From assembly GCF_009914755.1 (NCBI RefSeq), contig NC_060930.1: a stretch of DNA of 64,000 nucleotides; one strand, 5' to 3'. Positions within the stretch are counted from its first letter, which is position 1; the number at the start of each line of letters is the position of its first letter. Of this stretch, positions 1 to 16,726 are shown piece after piece. Both the position numbers and the translations under genes were made by a program. Source of the stretch: the human T2T-CHM13v2.0 reference genome, Homo sapiens. The notes under the pieces are model-generated. The model was not told the origin of the DNA. It ran no database searches and saw only the letters and a list, made by a program, of their open reading frames with translations.

Positions 1-859
1 CAGGACTTTATACAGCTTCCCAGGACTTGTGTGGGGTGGGGAAATTGAGATGTGGCTCTTCCTAAGGCACATGTCTTTGAGGAACAGCCTTACAGGAATT
101 CCTCAGCTTTGGCCTAGAGTCATAGAATGTTAGAACGAAAGGACAACTCAGGAAGCTCTGCTGTTGACTGATGTTTAAGTGAGGCATGGGGAGAGAAGTC
201 GGTGGGATCTCTAACACTAGTGAAGTTGTAGTAGCTCCCATAGGACTCTGCCTGTCCTGACACCAGCTAACAAATGTTATTCCCAGGCTTTCCTACTCAT
301 TGGATTTTCTGCTTCACCCAAGCAAAGCCTTTCTCCCCTACCTGCTGCCCACCCCCACCCCCAACATTGTATATCTTTCTCTCTTCTTTCCCAGGTTCTC
401 TTTTCATGAAAACCTTCATTGAGTTGTTCCACTCACTCTATTTTATGACTTAACATTTCAATCTTCTGAACCCATTTGTTTATTCACAGTTACTTCCCGT
501 ATGTCACATGTGGAATTTTTTTTCCGCTGTGTCTTATCACCCTGGCCCAGCTGTTAGCCCTCACGTTTGGGCCCCTTGTGCAGGTCTCTTGACATCCCTC
601 AACCGGAGCCTAGCACAGAGTGTATGCTGCCCTCTTCTGGGGGATAAGCTGGCTGCCAGAGGCTGGTCATCAATCAAGTTTCAACAGGCAGATGCTGTGG
701 TTTCTGCCACTGTCTGCCCTATCCTTATTTTTTCCGCCCTTACAAATACGTGATACATAAAGGCATAATACTTTGGAATAGTGGATTTTTAAGTATATAT
801 ATCTTGGATGTTTCTTTGCATTGTAGAAGTAATACTTCCTCATTAAAAAAATTTAAACA

Positions 860-1448
860 GGCTGGGGACGGTGACTCACACCTGTAATCCCAGCCGAGGC
901 AGGAGGATCACTTGAGCCCAGGAGTTCAAGACCAGCCTGGGCAACATGGTGAGACCCCATCTCTACAAAAAATTTAAGAAGTAGCTGGGCATGGTGGCAC
1001 ACGACTGTAGTCCCAGCTACTCAGGAGGTTGAGATGGAAGGATCACTCGAGCCCAGGAGGTCAAGGCTACAGTGAGCCAAGATCGCACCACTGTATTCCA
1101 GCCAGGGTGATAAGGTAGGAATCCTTCCTCTCCTTAAATTCTTCTCCCCAGAAATAACTTGTTTTTTGAGATGGAGTCTTGCTCTGTCGCCCAGGCTAGA
1201 GTGCACTGGTGCGATCTTGGCTCACTACAGCCTTGACCTCCTGGCTCAAAGGATCTTCCCACCTCAGCCTCCTGAGTTGCTGGAATTATAGGTGCGCACC
1301 ATGACGCCTGGCCAATTTTTGTATTTTCAGTAAAGACAGGCTTTTGTCATGTTGCCTAGCCTGGTCTTGAGCTCCTGGGCTCAACACTCCGCCCACCTCG
1401 GCCTCCCTAAGTGCTGGGATTACAGGTGTGAGCCACAGCACCTGGCCA
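860..1448. mobile_element. Inverted (tail-to-tail) AluJ-like pair: + 860-1112 and - 1162-1448
   Basis: Alu consensus in opposite orientations, ~50 bp apart. Confidence 0.9.
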
Positions 1449-2275
1449 TAACCATTGTTAATAGTTCTTCTTTCAAGAATTGTTTGAAATATTTACCACA
1501 TTCCAGGTGCCATTGTAAGCACTTTACTTGTGTGTTCTCATTTATCTTCCCTGAAACCCTCTGAGGTGTGAATGATTATTCCCATTTTATAGGGTAGGAA
1601 ACTGAGGACAGTAATTTAGAAAACAATCCCACTAAGCATTATTTGGAGAGCTGTCCTGTGGAACAGCAATCAGGTTTGTTTGGGCTTGCCTGAGAATATC
1701 ACACGAACACCAAAGGGTGGGAGTGAGGAGGCAGCTGGTTTTGTTGAATATGGTGAAGCGCTTTCTGGTGAATCACTTCATACATCAGTGGAAGAGGCTT
1801 CCCTTGAGTGGAGTTTGTGAGCCCCTTTCGCTGGCAGTGTTCACATCCCTGCTGGCTAGCCATCTGGCGGGGATGCTGAAGAGGAGTTCCTCGCCAGTAG
1901 GAGGGTGGCCAAGGTGACCTCCATGGTTCTTTTCAGTTCTGGCTTCTTCTCTGATGAGTACTAAGGTTGAGCAGCCAAGTGAACCTCATTATCCTCTGCT
2001 TTGTGGCCAGAGCGGCCCCACAAAGGAAGCGGGGCTCCTAGAACATCACTGGGGGATGTTAAAATAGTTCTGTCTGCTGGGCTGAGTTAACCATGCAGTG
2101 TTGCTGTGAGATGATGGAATCAAACATAAAGGACAGTCAGATGGCTGTCTGCCTCCTCTGTGTCTGCTTACCCATGGGAGGGGGCAGTAAGAAGTGGGAG
2201 CTGCTATTTTGGCTCCTGTGGCCCTTTCAGGGTCCAGTCCCCTAGGTTGATCCCCAATGATGCTTCCTGTTTCAG

Positions 2276-2403
2276 AGCAGGTACATAATCACTTCAGGAG
2301 GTACGAGGTAGAATACCTGCAGTTTGCCTTCCGCTGGATGAACAACCTGCTTATGCGGGAGCTTCCTCTTCGCTGCACCATCCGCCTGTGGGACACATAT
2401 CAG
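2276..2403 (+). CDS. TBC1D22B: TBC1 domain family member 22B (Rab-GAP TBC domain), third-last coding exon, (E)QVHNHFRRYEVEYLQFAFRWMNNLLMRELPLRCTIRLWDTYQ
   Basis: Acceptor ttcag| at 2271-2275 and donor CAG|gtagga. The peptide carries the Gyp1/TBC1D22 'YLQFAFRWMNNLLMRE' motif. Confidence 0.96.
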
Positions 2404-2683
2404 GTAGGAGGGATTCCCCGGCCTCTCTGTGCCAGGCTGTCTCTGAGGTGTCCAGCTCTCTGCCATGTTGTGGAATGTAGCTGCTTAGAAGCTTCCCCTT
2501 CTCCTCTTTTCTACTTCCATGTCTGCTTTAGCCTCAGGGCAGGGCCTTTGCTAAGTCTCTTCAGAACTCCATCTCCCCAACCGTGAAAGAGTTTCCCACC
2601 TCCCAGAAGGAATGGAACTGAGAGGACCAGAGCTGAATCTTTGTCAGGGCTGGGAGACCTAACTCTATTTTTCTGCTTCCCAG

Positions 2684-2779
2684 TCTGAACCAGAAGGGTT
2701 CTCCCACTTTCATCTCTACGTGTGTGCAGCCTTCTTGATCAAGTGGAGGAAAGAGATCTTGGATGAGGAGGATTTTCAG
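2684..2779 (+). CDS. TBC1D22B: TBC1D22B penultimate coding exon, SEPEGFSHFHLYVCAAFLIKWRKEILDEEDFQ
   Basis: Pyrimidine tract + ccag| acceptor and CAG|gtgagt donor. 96 nt, phase 0-0, continuing the frame of the previous exon. Confidence 0.96.
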
Positions 2780-3029
2780 GTGAGTGGCCAAGAGCTTAGT
2801 GTGGGCAGGGAATGAACATTAGAATGGGAGTTAGCCCCTCAGTGGGCAGTGCAGACAGAAGGTGCCATAGCAGGTACCTGGCTGGGAGTAGGAAGGGAGA
2901 AGGGGTGCTCTGAAGGGGTCGTCCCTCTTAGTTGGCAGGAAGTCACTGGAGCCCAGGGGTTCTTCAGTGTGAGAAGGGTGTTTGTGCCAGAATGGCTGCA
3001 GAGTGACTGGGCAGGCCTAAGAGATCTTT

Positions 3030-4250
3030 CAGTCATTCACTGACAAGCATTTATTGAATGCTTGCTACATGCCAGCACTGTCAAAGACAAAGGCTATATT
3101 AAGAAGTGAAACAGAGAGGTCTCTGTTCTCATAAAGCTTACGTACTCTGATAGTTGTGGGGAGACATACAGTAAATAACATCATAGTAAATAGTAAATTG
3201 AAAAGAATGTAAAGGTGCTAAGAAATAATATTTTTTTAAAAAGTAGAGCAGGGTAAAGGTTTTATTAGGTGGTAGAGAAGGGACAGGTTGCAATTTCGAA
3301 TAAAGTAGTCTTGATAGGTTCACTGAGAAGGTAACATCTGAGCAAAGACCTGGGGAAGGTGAAGGAGCAAGCCACGTGGACATCAGCAGGAAGAGTGTCT
3401 AGGCAGAGGAAACAGCCAGTGCAGGGGCCTCAGGCAGCAGCATGCCTGAGCTATGGAAGGAATCATGACGGTCACTGGTGTGGCCTGGAGCAGAGTGATC
3501 CAAGGGAAGAATAGGAAGAGGTGAGGTCAGAGGAGTCACAGGGACCCAGATCACAGAGGACTTTGTAGCCACTGTAAGAACTTTGGCTTTTACTCTGAGT
3601 GGAAGAGGAACTCTAAGAGCCATGAGTAGAGGAGAGTGGCACAATCTGACTTAGTTTCAGTAGGGCCACCCTGGCTTCTATGTAGACTGTAGGTGTGGGC
3701 AAGAGTGGAAGCAGAGACCACCCAGGATGCTACTGTAATCCTCCAGATGAGACATGAAGGTGGTAGGACCTGGATAGTGACAGTGGAGGTGTGAGAAGTG
3801 GCCAGATTTTGGATCTGTTTAGTAAGTAGAGCCAACAAGATTTCCTGATGAATTGGGTGTAGAGTACAACAGAAAGGGGTGAGTCTGGATGGCTTTACAG
3901 TTTATGGAGAAGGCTACAGGATGGCTTTATGGTTTATGGAGAAGGCTACAGTGGGGACAGCAAGAGTCCAGCTTCAGCCATATTGGATTTGAAGTACCAT
4001 TAGACGTCTAAATAGAGATGCAGACTAGGCAAATATATCTTGAGTTTGGAGTTTGAAAGAGAGATCTGGACTGGACCTATAAATTTAGGAGCCTTTGCCT
4101 AGATGCTGCTTAAAGCCGACACACTGGATGAGATCCCTAAGGAAGTAAGGATGGACAGAGAAGGGGACCAGGGCCCAGCCTTGACACACTCTTATATGAC
4201 TACATGAAGAGGTCAGGGAGCAGAGGTGGCTGAGAGGGGATGACCAGCAA
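3030..4250 (-). mobile_element. L2 LINE fragment
   Basis: Starts with the reverse complement of the L2 3' end (tcattcactgacaagcatttattgaatg) followed by typical purine-rich antisense L2 body. Confidence 0.8.
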
Positions 4251-5789
4251 GAGTACAGCCTCCTGGAACCCCTGGGTGGGGGTGCTTCAGAGTCCCTATG
4301 TAGAAAACTCAAGAAGGGCCTATGTTAGGTGGTGGGTAGGCTAGGAGCTGTTCCAGGGTCAGGGAAATAAGGATTGAGGAGATTGTCAGGCTCTCCAGAG
4401 AGAATCATTAGGGTTGGGGGTGGCGAGTGTATTGCTTTTATGCTTTGCACGTTTCTGAACTGAGAGGTTTTTTGGTTTGTTTGTTTTTAATAGGTATATA
4501 CCTCTTTTAAAAGCAGGGGGAAAAGCCAGAGAAAGTTGAATGCTTTTCTAAGTTCTAACTAATAACATAGATGTTCTGAAGAGTGGCAGCGTCTCCATGT
4601 GATCCCTGAGCATTACCACTCTGTGATTGGTGTTAGGGGGCAAAAGAACAGAAGACTATTTAGTAGATAGATGGAAAGACAGGACCCAGCTTGCCCAAGT
4701 AAGGGCTTTGGAAGAAAAAGGAGAGCAGATGCATTGACTTCTGTGAGTAGATGCTAGCCATGGTGCCGAGGCTTCAGGCCACTGATTAAGAACCATGGCT
4801 TCTGCCAGTGAGCAGCATGTGTGGCATTCCAGGATAAATGAGGACAAGGGGCTGGAATGGCTGTATGCTGGGATGAGCTATCCATTTGGATAATGTGGTT
4901 GAGGTGGAGCCGGATAGTAAGAGCATGAAGTTTAATTTAGTTATCATGAGCCAGGCTCAGAGCTTTGCCATATGTGATAAAAGTGCTTCCCAGATCAGCT
5001 CAGGGAGGTGCAGATGATTCCTGGAATGGCTTTTAGCAGTTCACAATATCGGCAGAACAGAGGACAATACTCTGTGACTTTACAGCTATGTTAATCCTAG
5101 AGATATTCTTTACTGGGTAGCATTTTCAATTATCTGGTAGGTCTGAGGCCTTTTGGCAATACCCAACAGAACAGCATTGGAGGCTATTGTCTGCTGCTGT
5201 ATTAACACCTCGATTAATCCTGTTTGTGGAAGAGTCTCACATCTTTCTTTTAGACAAAATAGAATGGGCGATTAAACTGGATAAGGTGAAAAGTTCCTCC
5301 CACCTCCATAGTTCTAAAATTCTATGAATGATAAAAGAAGAAAATGTGCCTGGGTGTTAGGCTAGACAGGCAGTGTCCTTTAGGAGACAGAATCATGGCA
5401 GAGGTGTGAGGAACAAGGGCACAAAGCATTGTGTAAGGTTGTGAACTGTTGGGTGTGACTTTTGCAGAGAAAGTAGGCACATGTATCCTAACTGCTGAAG
5501 GGCTGCTTGTAGTGAAATCACTGTGAAGGAAGCTCTGTAGATGAATACAGGTATTGTAAAAAACCAAACATGTCCAGCCTAGGAGAGAAGTTTTAGGGCT
5601 AAAAGCCACGTTAAGTGACTCAGAGAAAAACCAGCTGAAGTGGTTACAGAAATAAAAGTGGTAGTTGCAGCAGTTTTAGCAGACCAGCAAACTGGTTACA
5701 CTTGAAGAACAGGGAAAAAGAGCCAGATATAAGGGGAGCCAGTAAGGGGTTCAGAGAGGAAGCAGATATCTTCCTGTCAAGGTTAGGGA

Positions 5790-6045
5790 CTGTGCAGAGT
5801 AGTACAGTGGTTAAACCATGGTCTTTGGAGCCGGACTGCCTGGGGTCGGATCCCAGCTCTCACACTTTCCTAAACATGCAGCTGTAAGTAAGTAACTTGT
5901 TTCTCTGTGCCTCCGTTTTCTTATCTATAAATGGGGCAATAGTACCTACCTCCTTGGGCTATGATGAGAATAAAGAAACAAATACATGTGAGACAGTTAG
6001 AATAGTGTACTTGATATATAGACCTCGAAACAGTGAGCTTATTAT
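5790..6045 (+). mobile_element. MIR (other MIR fragments near 1480-1610, 6640-6850, 10345-10580, 28150-28400, 37075-37330, 52680-52920, 53265-53480)
   Basis: MIR core ctctgtgcctccgttttcttatctataaatggggcaatagtacctacctc. Confidence 0.75.
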
Positions 6046-6556
6046 CATTAATATTAATACTTCCTTTAGTGTATTCACGAGTCCTGGAAGCAATGAGGCG
6101 AGCTTTAAAAACCCACTTTTCTAATTAAGTGGTTTTTAACATAATGAGTAAACCATACAAGGTTCATACTGAGGGAAACTGGTTTGGAGAGGAGGCATCA
6201 GAGTACACAGGGGCAAAGGGCTGGGTCCCAGCTGCGACAAAAGCCCCCAGCAGGAAGGGTGCGTGCTTCTCCCTGGCCAAGCAGTTGTCTAGGGCCGCTG
6301 CCTGGCAGAGAGGACCAAAAACTGACAAAGGAGATCACACTGAGAGGTTTCCTTCCTGAGACCGCTGGGCAAAGGAGCCTGAGGCACATTTGCACATAGT
6401 ACTCTGGGAGCAGAATGGCTGGATCCTCCGGGCCCGTGGCAGCTTGAAATGCGAGCTGCCAGCAGAGCTGGGCCAAAGCCTCTTTTGTGGTAGGTGGGGA
6501 CTCTTGACAATTCCTGCCCTCAGCCTGGGCTAGTGTAATAGAATCATAATAATATG

Positions 6557-6632
6557 TTAGGTTGAATCATATGCAGTTGTTTTTGTAGATTAAAATGGTT
6601 GAATATTGGCAATTTCGTGAGGCTCAATCTAA
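6557..6632. mobile_element. MADE2 mariner-derived MITE (~76 bp palindromic element)
   Basis: ttaggttgaatcatatgcagttg...caatttcgtgaggctcaatctaa inverted termini, TA on the right flank. Confidence 0.75.
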
Positions 6633-7813
6633 TAGCAGCTAATTCTTAGCACTTTGAATATACAGGCACTATTCTAAATGTTTTCCTGTGTTAATTCATT
6701 TCATCCTTGCAACAATCCTACAAGGTAGGCTATAATACCCCATTTTACAAATGGGGAAACTGTCATAGCAAGATTTTTTTTTTTTTAAGTAACCAGGCCA
6801 AGGTCACCTGAGTGAGTGATAGAGGCCTGGAATCCACTCTCTGAACCACTGTGCTTTGCTGCCTGTCAGTCCCAGGCCTGCCAGATGCTTCCTGGAGCTC
6901 TTGAGCTAAACTTACATGGTGGCTGTTCCCAGGCAAGGATCTGCTTAGGTTTCCACCTCCCTCAAGATTTCTTCTTCCCCATCTCTCCCCCTACATTGGA
7001 GGTTGCTAGCAGGCTTTCTTCTCACAAAGAAACATTTAGCAACAACAACAAAAACTTGTTGTTTTAAAACTGAAAAAGAATTCCTCCCAGGGTCTTCCTT
7101 GTGACCTCCTCCTATTCTGGCTTCTGGGTTTTTCTCCTTCCACTGCCAGAAAGATCTGTGATCTCCTGCTGCCCTTTCATGCTCTCCCTCCAAGTGGCCT
7201 GAAATCACCTAACACACATCCCTGGGGAAAGCAGAGGCTCTAATGCTCCAGGGTGGACTGCAGCAGGGAGCCCCCAGGGCTGGTGCAGGTTATGGGTGAA
7301 GAGCAGCTCTGGGCCTGTCTGTGGAGTCCTAGAGCCTGCTTGGGCCCTTGTGGAGCTCTCAGGCTTCTGTTAGATCAGTGGCTGGGGAGGCCGTGTTGAC
7401 TGGGGAGGAGCATGAGTCTCTGAGACACAAGAAGTGTTCTCTGTTTTCATCTGGGTGGTGGTTAATTGGGTGTGTACTTATGTAAAAAGTCATCAACCTG
7501 CATGCTTAAGATTTATGTCATGAGTCCACCCTCAAAAGGTTGGGAGGAAAGTAAATGGTGGAGACAATGTAAGAGCGCCCGAACCTACCTACCAAATAGA
7601 CAAATAGATGTTTTCTACCCATTTTGATGTGGGTCATTTTTACATAATCACAATTCATTACCACCATGTACAGTTGTGTACTACTAAGGAAGTGAATGGA
7701 GCTTCTGTTACCCAGCAGTGAGCCTGAAGAGGACTGTATCTGCCCAGAGGACAGGGCCATCTGGGCTAGCAATAGGAGGCCTGTCAGGGCCTCCTGTTGC
7801 CACTCTGGTCCTA

Positions 7814-8239
<426 letters not shown>

Positions 8240-8657
8240 TCAAGGCAGGTTGCAGTTGTCAGACTTGGGGAAGACTTCCCAAAGCAGATTAATGTCAGAC
8301 CTCGGGACAGGAACTGGTTGAGTGAGTTCTGTGATGAGGAAAGGCATGACAAGCCCCCTGTGGTCAGTGCAGCACCACATAATTACAACCCAAAACCAAG
8401 GGGTTACAACGGGGAGCAGGGGAACACCTCCAGAAGTCAAAAATTCACTGCACGTGTAGACGAGCATGAGCTGTGCCCAGTTGTGGGCACTTAGATGAGC
8501 AGCAGGCAGAAACTCTGTACAGAATAAAGCAACCCATAGGAGGCCTGAAAACTGACTCTAGGATAATATTTCTATGAAGAGCGTGTGCCTGAGTCAGAGG
8601 GGACAGGCGCCTGAGCAAATACCTGGTCACTCTATTCTAAAAAGTCATCTCGGGAAA

Positions 8658-8680
8658 GCAGCAGCAGCAGCAGCAGCAGC
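8658..8680 (+). repeat. (GCA/CAG)7 trinucleotide microsatellite in the last TBC1D22B intron
   Basis: Read directly. Confidence 0.9.
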
Positions 8681-8794
8681 GAAGCCCAGAACATGGGAGC
8701 CCAGGAAGATGTCAGCAGGCGCCAGCAAGGCCTCAGAGGGCTCAGGATGGAATTTGAGAAGCACCATGCAGGGCACTCTGAGGACTAATAATCA

Positions 8795-9080
<286 letters not shown>

Positions 9081-11075
9081 TGAGTGAGTGAGTGAGTGAA
9101 ATGACAAGGGGGTCAGCTGGAAGAAAATGTTGGAGAGATTCCCACTCTGAAGGTTTCTTTTGTAGGAGACAGGTCAGGGTTATTAAATAGTGCTAAGCCC
9201 ATGGGATGTTCCAGACCTCAATAATAAAGTAAATGTAAATAAATCCCTTGAACCAGATGGCATCCACCCACCACTTCTGCAAGAACGCAGGGGTGCGATT
9301 GTGGAACATTGCCAAATGGAGGCCCTGTCTTTACAGACATTTGGTGAATTGCCAGTTTGAATCCTTCACACAAGGGTTCAGAGGGAACCCTGGGAACTGA
9401 AGATCTTTCTGCCCAAAACAAGCTGGTGTGAGAAAGGGCACGGTTCCTAGACATGTGAACAAAAACAAGCCACTGAGGGGAACTCTGGACAGCTTTCTTT
9501 GAGAGGAAACTTTGCCAAATTCCTAGATTCAGGAAAAGCCAATGAATAAAAGTTTGACTCTCAACAAGCTTATATCATAGGGACATGTTTTTGAAAAGTT
9601 GTATTGGGACCAGAGGAAATGTTTTACTACCTCACTGATTCTCAGAATAGAAGAGGTTTGTTTTAAAGTATTTATTTGACTAGAAAGGCATTTTTACATG
9701 CTTGAATACACTATACATTTGCAAAGAAAGTTCCAGTACTGCAAAGTGATTCTAGATACAGTATCTTATTTAATAGCACATATTTAATGTTCTTTTGTTG
9801 CTCATCATTATACATCCTGTGTTTGGTTGTGCCAGCCCTTATTGCAGAGTAAAATTAGTCAACTCTTAGTCACCAGCTGGGTCACACTGGTGGCTGGGAA
9901 AGACCAAGAAGAGGCAGAGGAAGAGGTGGCACCGATGATAAAAATCCATTCAAGAATTTAGCTGTGACACATCTACAGCAGGTTCAAATCTCTCAGCTGT
10001 AAGACAAACTGGATACTTTATAAGGACTGTGGCCTATTATGCACCAAAATGCCTTACTGAAATTGTCTGGATGAGCTGCCTGCTGGGTCCAGTGATACAT
10101 TAGTAAACGAAGAAGTTGAAATAGAAGGCTAACATATGCTTTGGATCGCTTGGCAGTGTGACACCGATATGGCATCAAGCCTTACTATGAGTCCAAGGAC
10201 TTAATGACTAAATAAAAGTAAAAATGAACAAAAAAAAAAAGTGAATGCTTCTAGATTTCCTTCAAACAGCCTCTTTTATGACTTCTCTTCTTTTTGTTCC
10301 TTCTACTTTATGCCTTACTTCTCTTCTCACACCAGGGCAGGCAGTATATAGTCTAGTAATTATGAGCACATGCCCAGATTGGGCTCAAATCCCTGGCTAG
10401 CACTACCCTGTGACCCTAGGCAAGTTCCTTAACCTCTGTGCCTCAATTTCCTCATCTGTAAAATGGAAGTTAATATGTATCTCATAGAGTAGATGTAGGA
10501 TTAAACAAACTAGTACAAAGTACATGTGAAACATCTAGAGCCCCATCTGTTATGTAATAAGTGCTCAATAAATAATAAATGCCATTATACTGATTATCTT
10601 TGGTGTTCTTCCTCTTCCTCCTCAATTATTCTCCCACCTTTATTGGACAGTCTGCAGTGGAATTTTCCTATACCTTTCCCTTTTCAAAGTCTCTGCTTAT
10701 TACCCATTATCTTTACCTTTGGCCTCTTACCTAATTGTTTTTTTTCCACCCATCACATGTGGCTCAAAGTCCTTCTCTGCCATATTGCCTTTTCCTGTGT
10801 GAATTTTCAGCAGGTACCTGTGCCTGGCCCTTTTCTGCTATTTCAGCCATTTCCAACTGTTTTCTACAAAGGGTGTTTGCTCCCTTTCTATTAATTGGGA
10901 ATCTCTTTCTGATACTTGCCCTACAAGCTTTCTCCTCCTCCTGACTATAGTATCTCATCTGACTGCATGTGATACTTAAGTGCTCCCATGAACTGGCTTT
11001 GTAACAAATCTTCAGTTGTTCCCTGCCCCGGTAGTGTCTCTTCTCTGCCCCTAGATAAAAGCTCCTGATTTGTGA

Positions 11076-11397
<322 letters not shown>

Positions 11398-11480
11398 TAA
11401 TCCACTGGGCAGGGTTTCCCATTGTTGCAGCATGAGGACAGCAGGTGGTAGACTAGGGTCGGGGCTAGAGGTGGGGATGT

Positions 11481-11513
11481 TGCAGTTTTAGGCATAGCCA
11501 CCAGGTGGCAGAG
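11481..11513 (+). promoter_or_regulatory. Candidate CTCF site (core plus upstream module)
   Basis: Core CCACCAGGTGGCAG at 11498-11511 with TGCAG at 11481-11485. Confidence 0.65.
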
Positions 11514-11667
11514 TGGTTCCTTACAGCTAAGCATCACTTCCCTTGGGGGAAGTGGTGACATTCACTTGTCCAGGGGTGGAATTATTTGGAAGCTTTTGAG
11601 AGGTTTCTGTTAAGACTGGAAGAATTGGAAATTATAGGTAGATCTCATCTCAACAAAGAGTATTCTC

Positions 11668-12370
<703 letters not shown>

Positions 12371-12766
12371 AAAAGAAATCTTACCACACAGAGGTGAATA
12401 TCACAAATTTTAAAAAAATTGATTAGTATGCATTTTATTTTATGTATTAATATTTAAAACCATTATTCTGAGGAGATTGATGGGGTTCACCAGACAGCCC
12501 AAGAGTCTAAGGTACAGAAAAGACTGAGACCATTATAAAGAGAGCCTGCCTAACTTAGGATACAAGTGGTCTACCTGAGGAGAATGTTAGCAAAAAGAGG
12601 CAACACCTTTTCCAGTTGTTGTGGGATAGGGACATGGTGCGGGAAGGAGGTAGGAAGCAGCAGAGATGAGTAAAAGGGGCCAGAGGCCAGGGAGTACATG
12701 GTGGCATGGGGGTGGGGGCATGTAGTATGGTCCAAGGTCAACATTTTAAAAAATAAGTTGAGATAG

Positions 12767-13266
<500 letters not shown>

Positions 13267-13502
13267 TCAATAACTGGTTGAATAACTGGTCTGGTTGAGT
13301 GAATTTCCGTAATCATGTGACTGGAGGGGTTTGCCTGGAGGGTTGGAGAGAGCAGATGCCAGCAACCATGGAGGGGAGAGTGGGGACCTTGGGATGTGCA
13401 CTCCTCCGGGGGTTCACCACCATCATGACGGCTTTGAGTTCTGTTCTTGGGCTTGGGGATCAAAGGGAAGACTTTGCATTAGCAAAGTTTGTTTTTTTTT
13501 TA

Positions 13503-16207
<2,705 letters not shown>

Positions 16208-16597
16208 GTCATAATTATTGTTACAACTATTTAAAGAAATATGCATGTGAAGAAAAGACTGAAAATGAATACTTTAAGATTAAGAGAGGTATATTTGGAT
16301 AAGTGATTATTTTTCTCTCTTAAAAATCTTTATTGTTGTCATTCCCTATTTATGTTTTTTATGTTTTTAAAGAGACAGGTGTTAGTGGACTAGAGAATCA
16401 GCAGAGGCTTTCAAGACCTCCTGAGGTGAACTAGGACTGAAAGCTGTGTACTGTTTGGGAGGAAGGAGGCTGGACTCTTTGAGATGTGTGAGCCAGGAGG
16501 AAGGGGCCCCATTCTAGGCCTTGGTCTCTAAGAATGGGTTCACTTGTCTGATGGTCTACGGTCTGGTATGATATAAAAGTCCTTTCTTGCATTCCAG

Positions 16598-16726
16598 GGT
16601 CTCCTCATGCTGCTACAGAACCTACCTACAATACACTGGGGCAACGAAGAAATTGGGCTGCTTCTCGCCGAGGCATACAGACTCAAGTACATGTTTGCCG
16701 ATGCCCCAAATCACTACCGCCGATAG
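16598..16726 (+). CDS. TBC1D22B: TBC1D22B last coding exon, GLLMLLQNLPTIHWGNEEIGLLLAEAYRLKYMFADAPNHYRR*
   Basis: Acceptor tttcttgcattccag|, in frame, TAG at 16724-16726. 'LQNLPT.HW' is the TBC1D22 C-terminal motif. Confidence 0.96.
   Translation, partial: GLLMLLQNLPTIHWGNEEIGLLLAEAYRLKYMFADAPNHYRR

Noticed and set aside
395-498. Possible cryptic TBC1D22B exon (tctcttctttcccag| ... CCC|gtatgt)
   Set aside because: The acceptor is good but the donor's exonic side is weak, there is an early stop, and there is no independent support.
2271-2286. cagAGCAGgtacat as a 5-nt microexon or second acceptor
   Set aside because: It would frameshift a conserved TBC exon and is explained by the E-Q-V-H codons.
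9200-10240. Possible ancient RTE/L4-like LINE or retrocopy ending in AATAAA plus an A run
   Set aside because: Too degenerate to assign by eye; no TSD or recognisable ORF.
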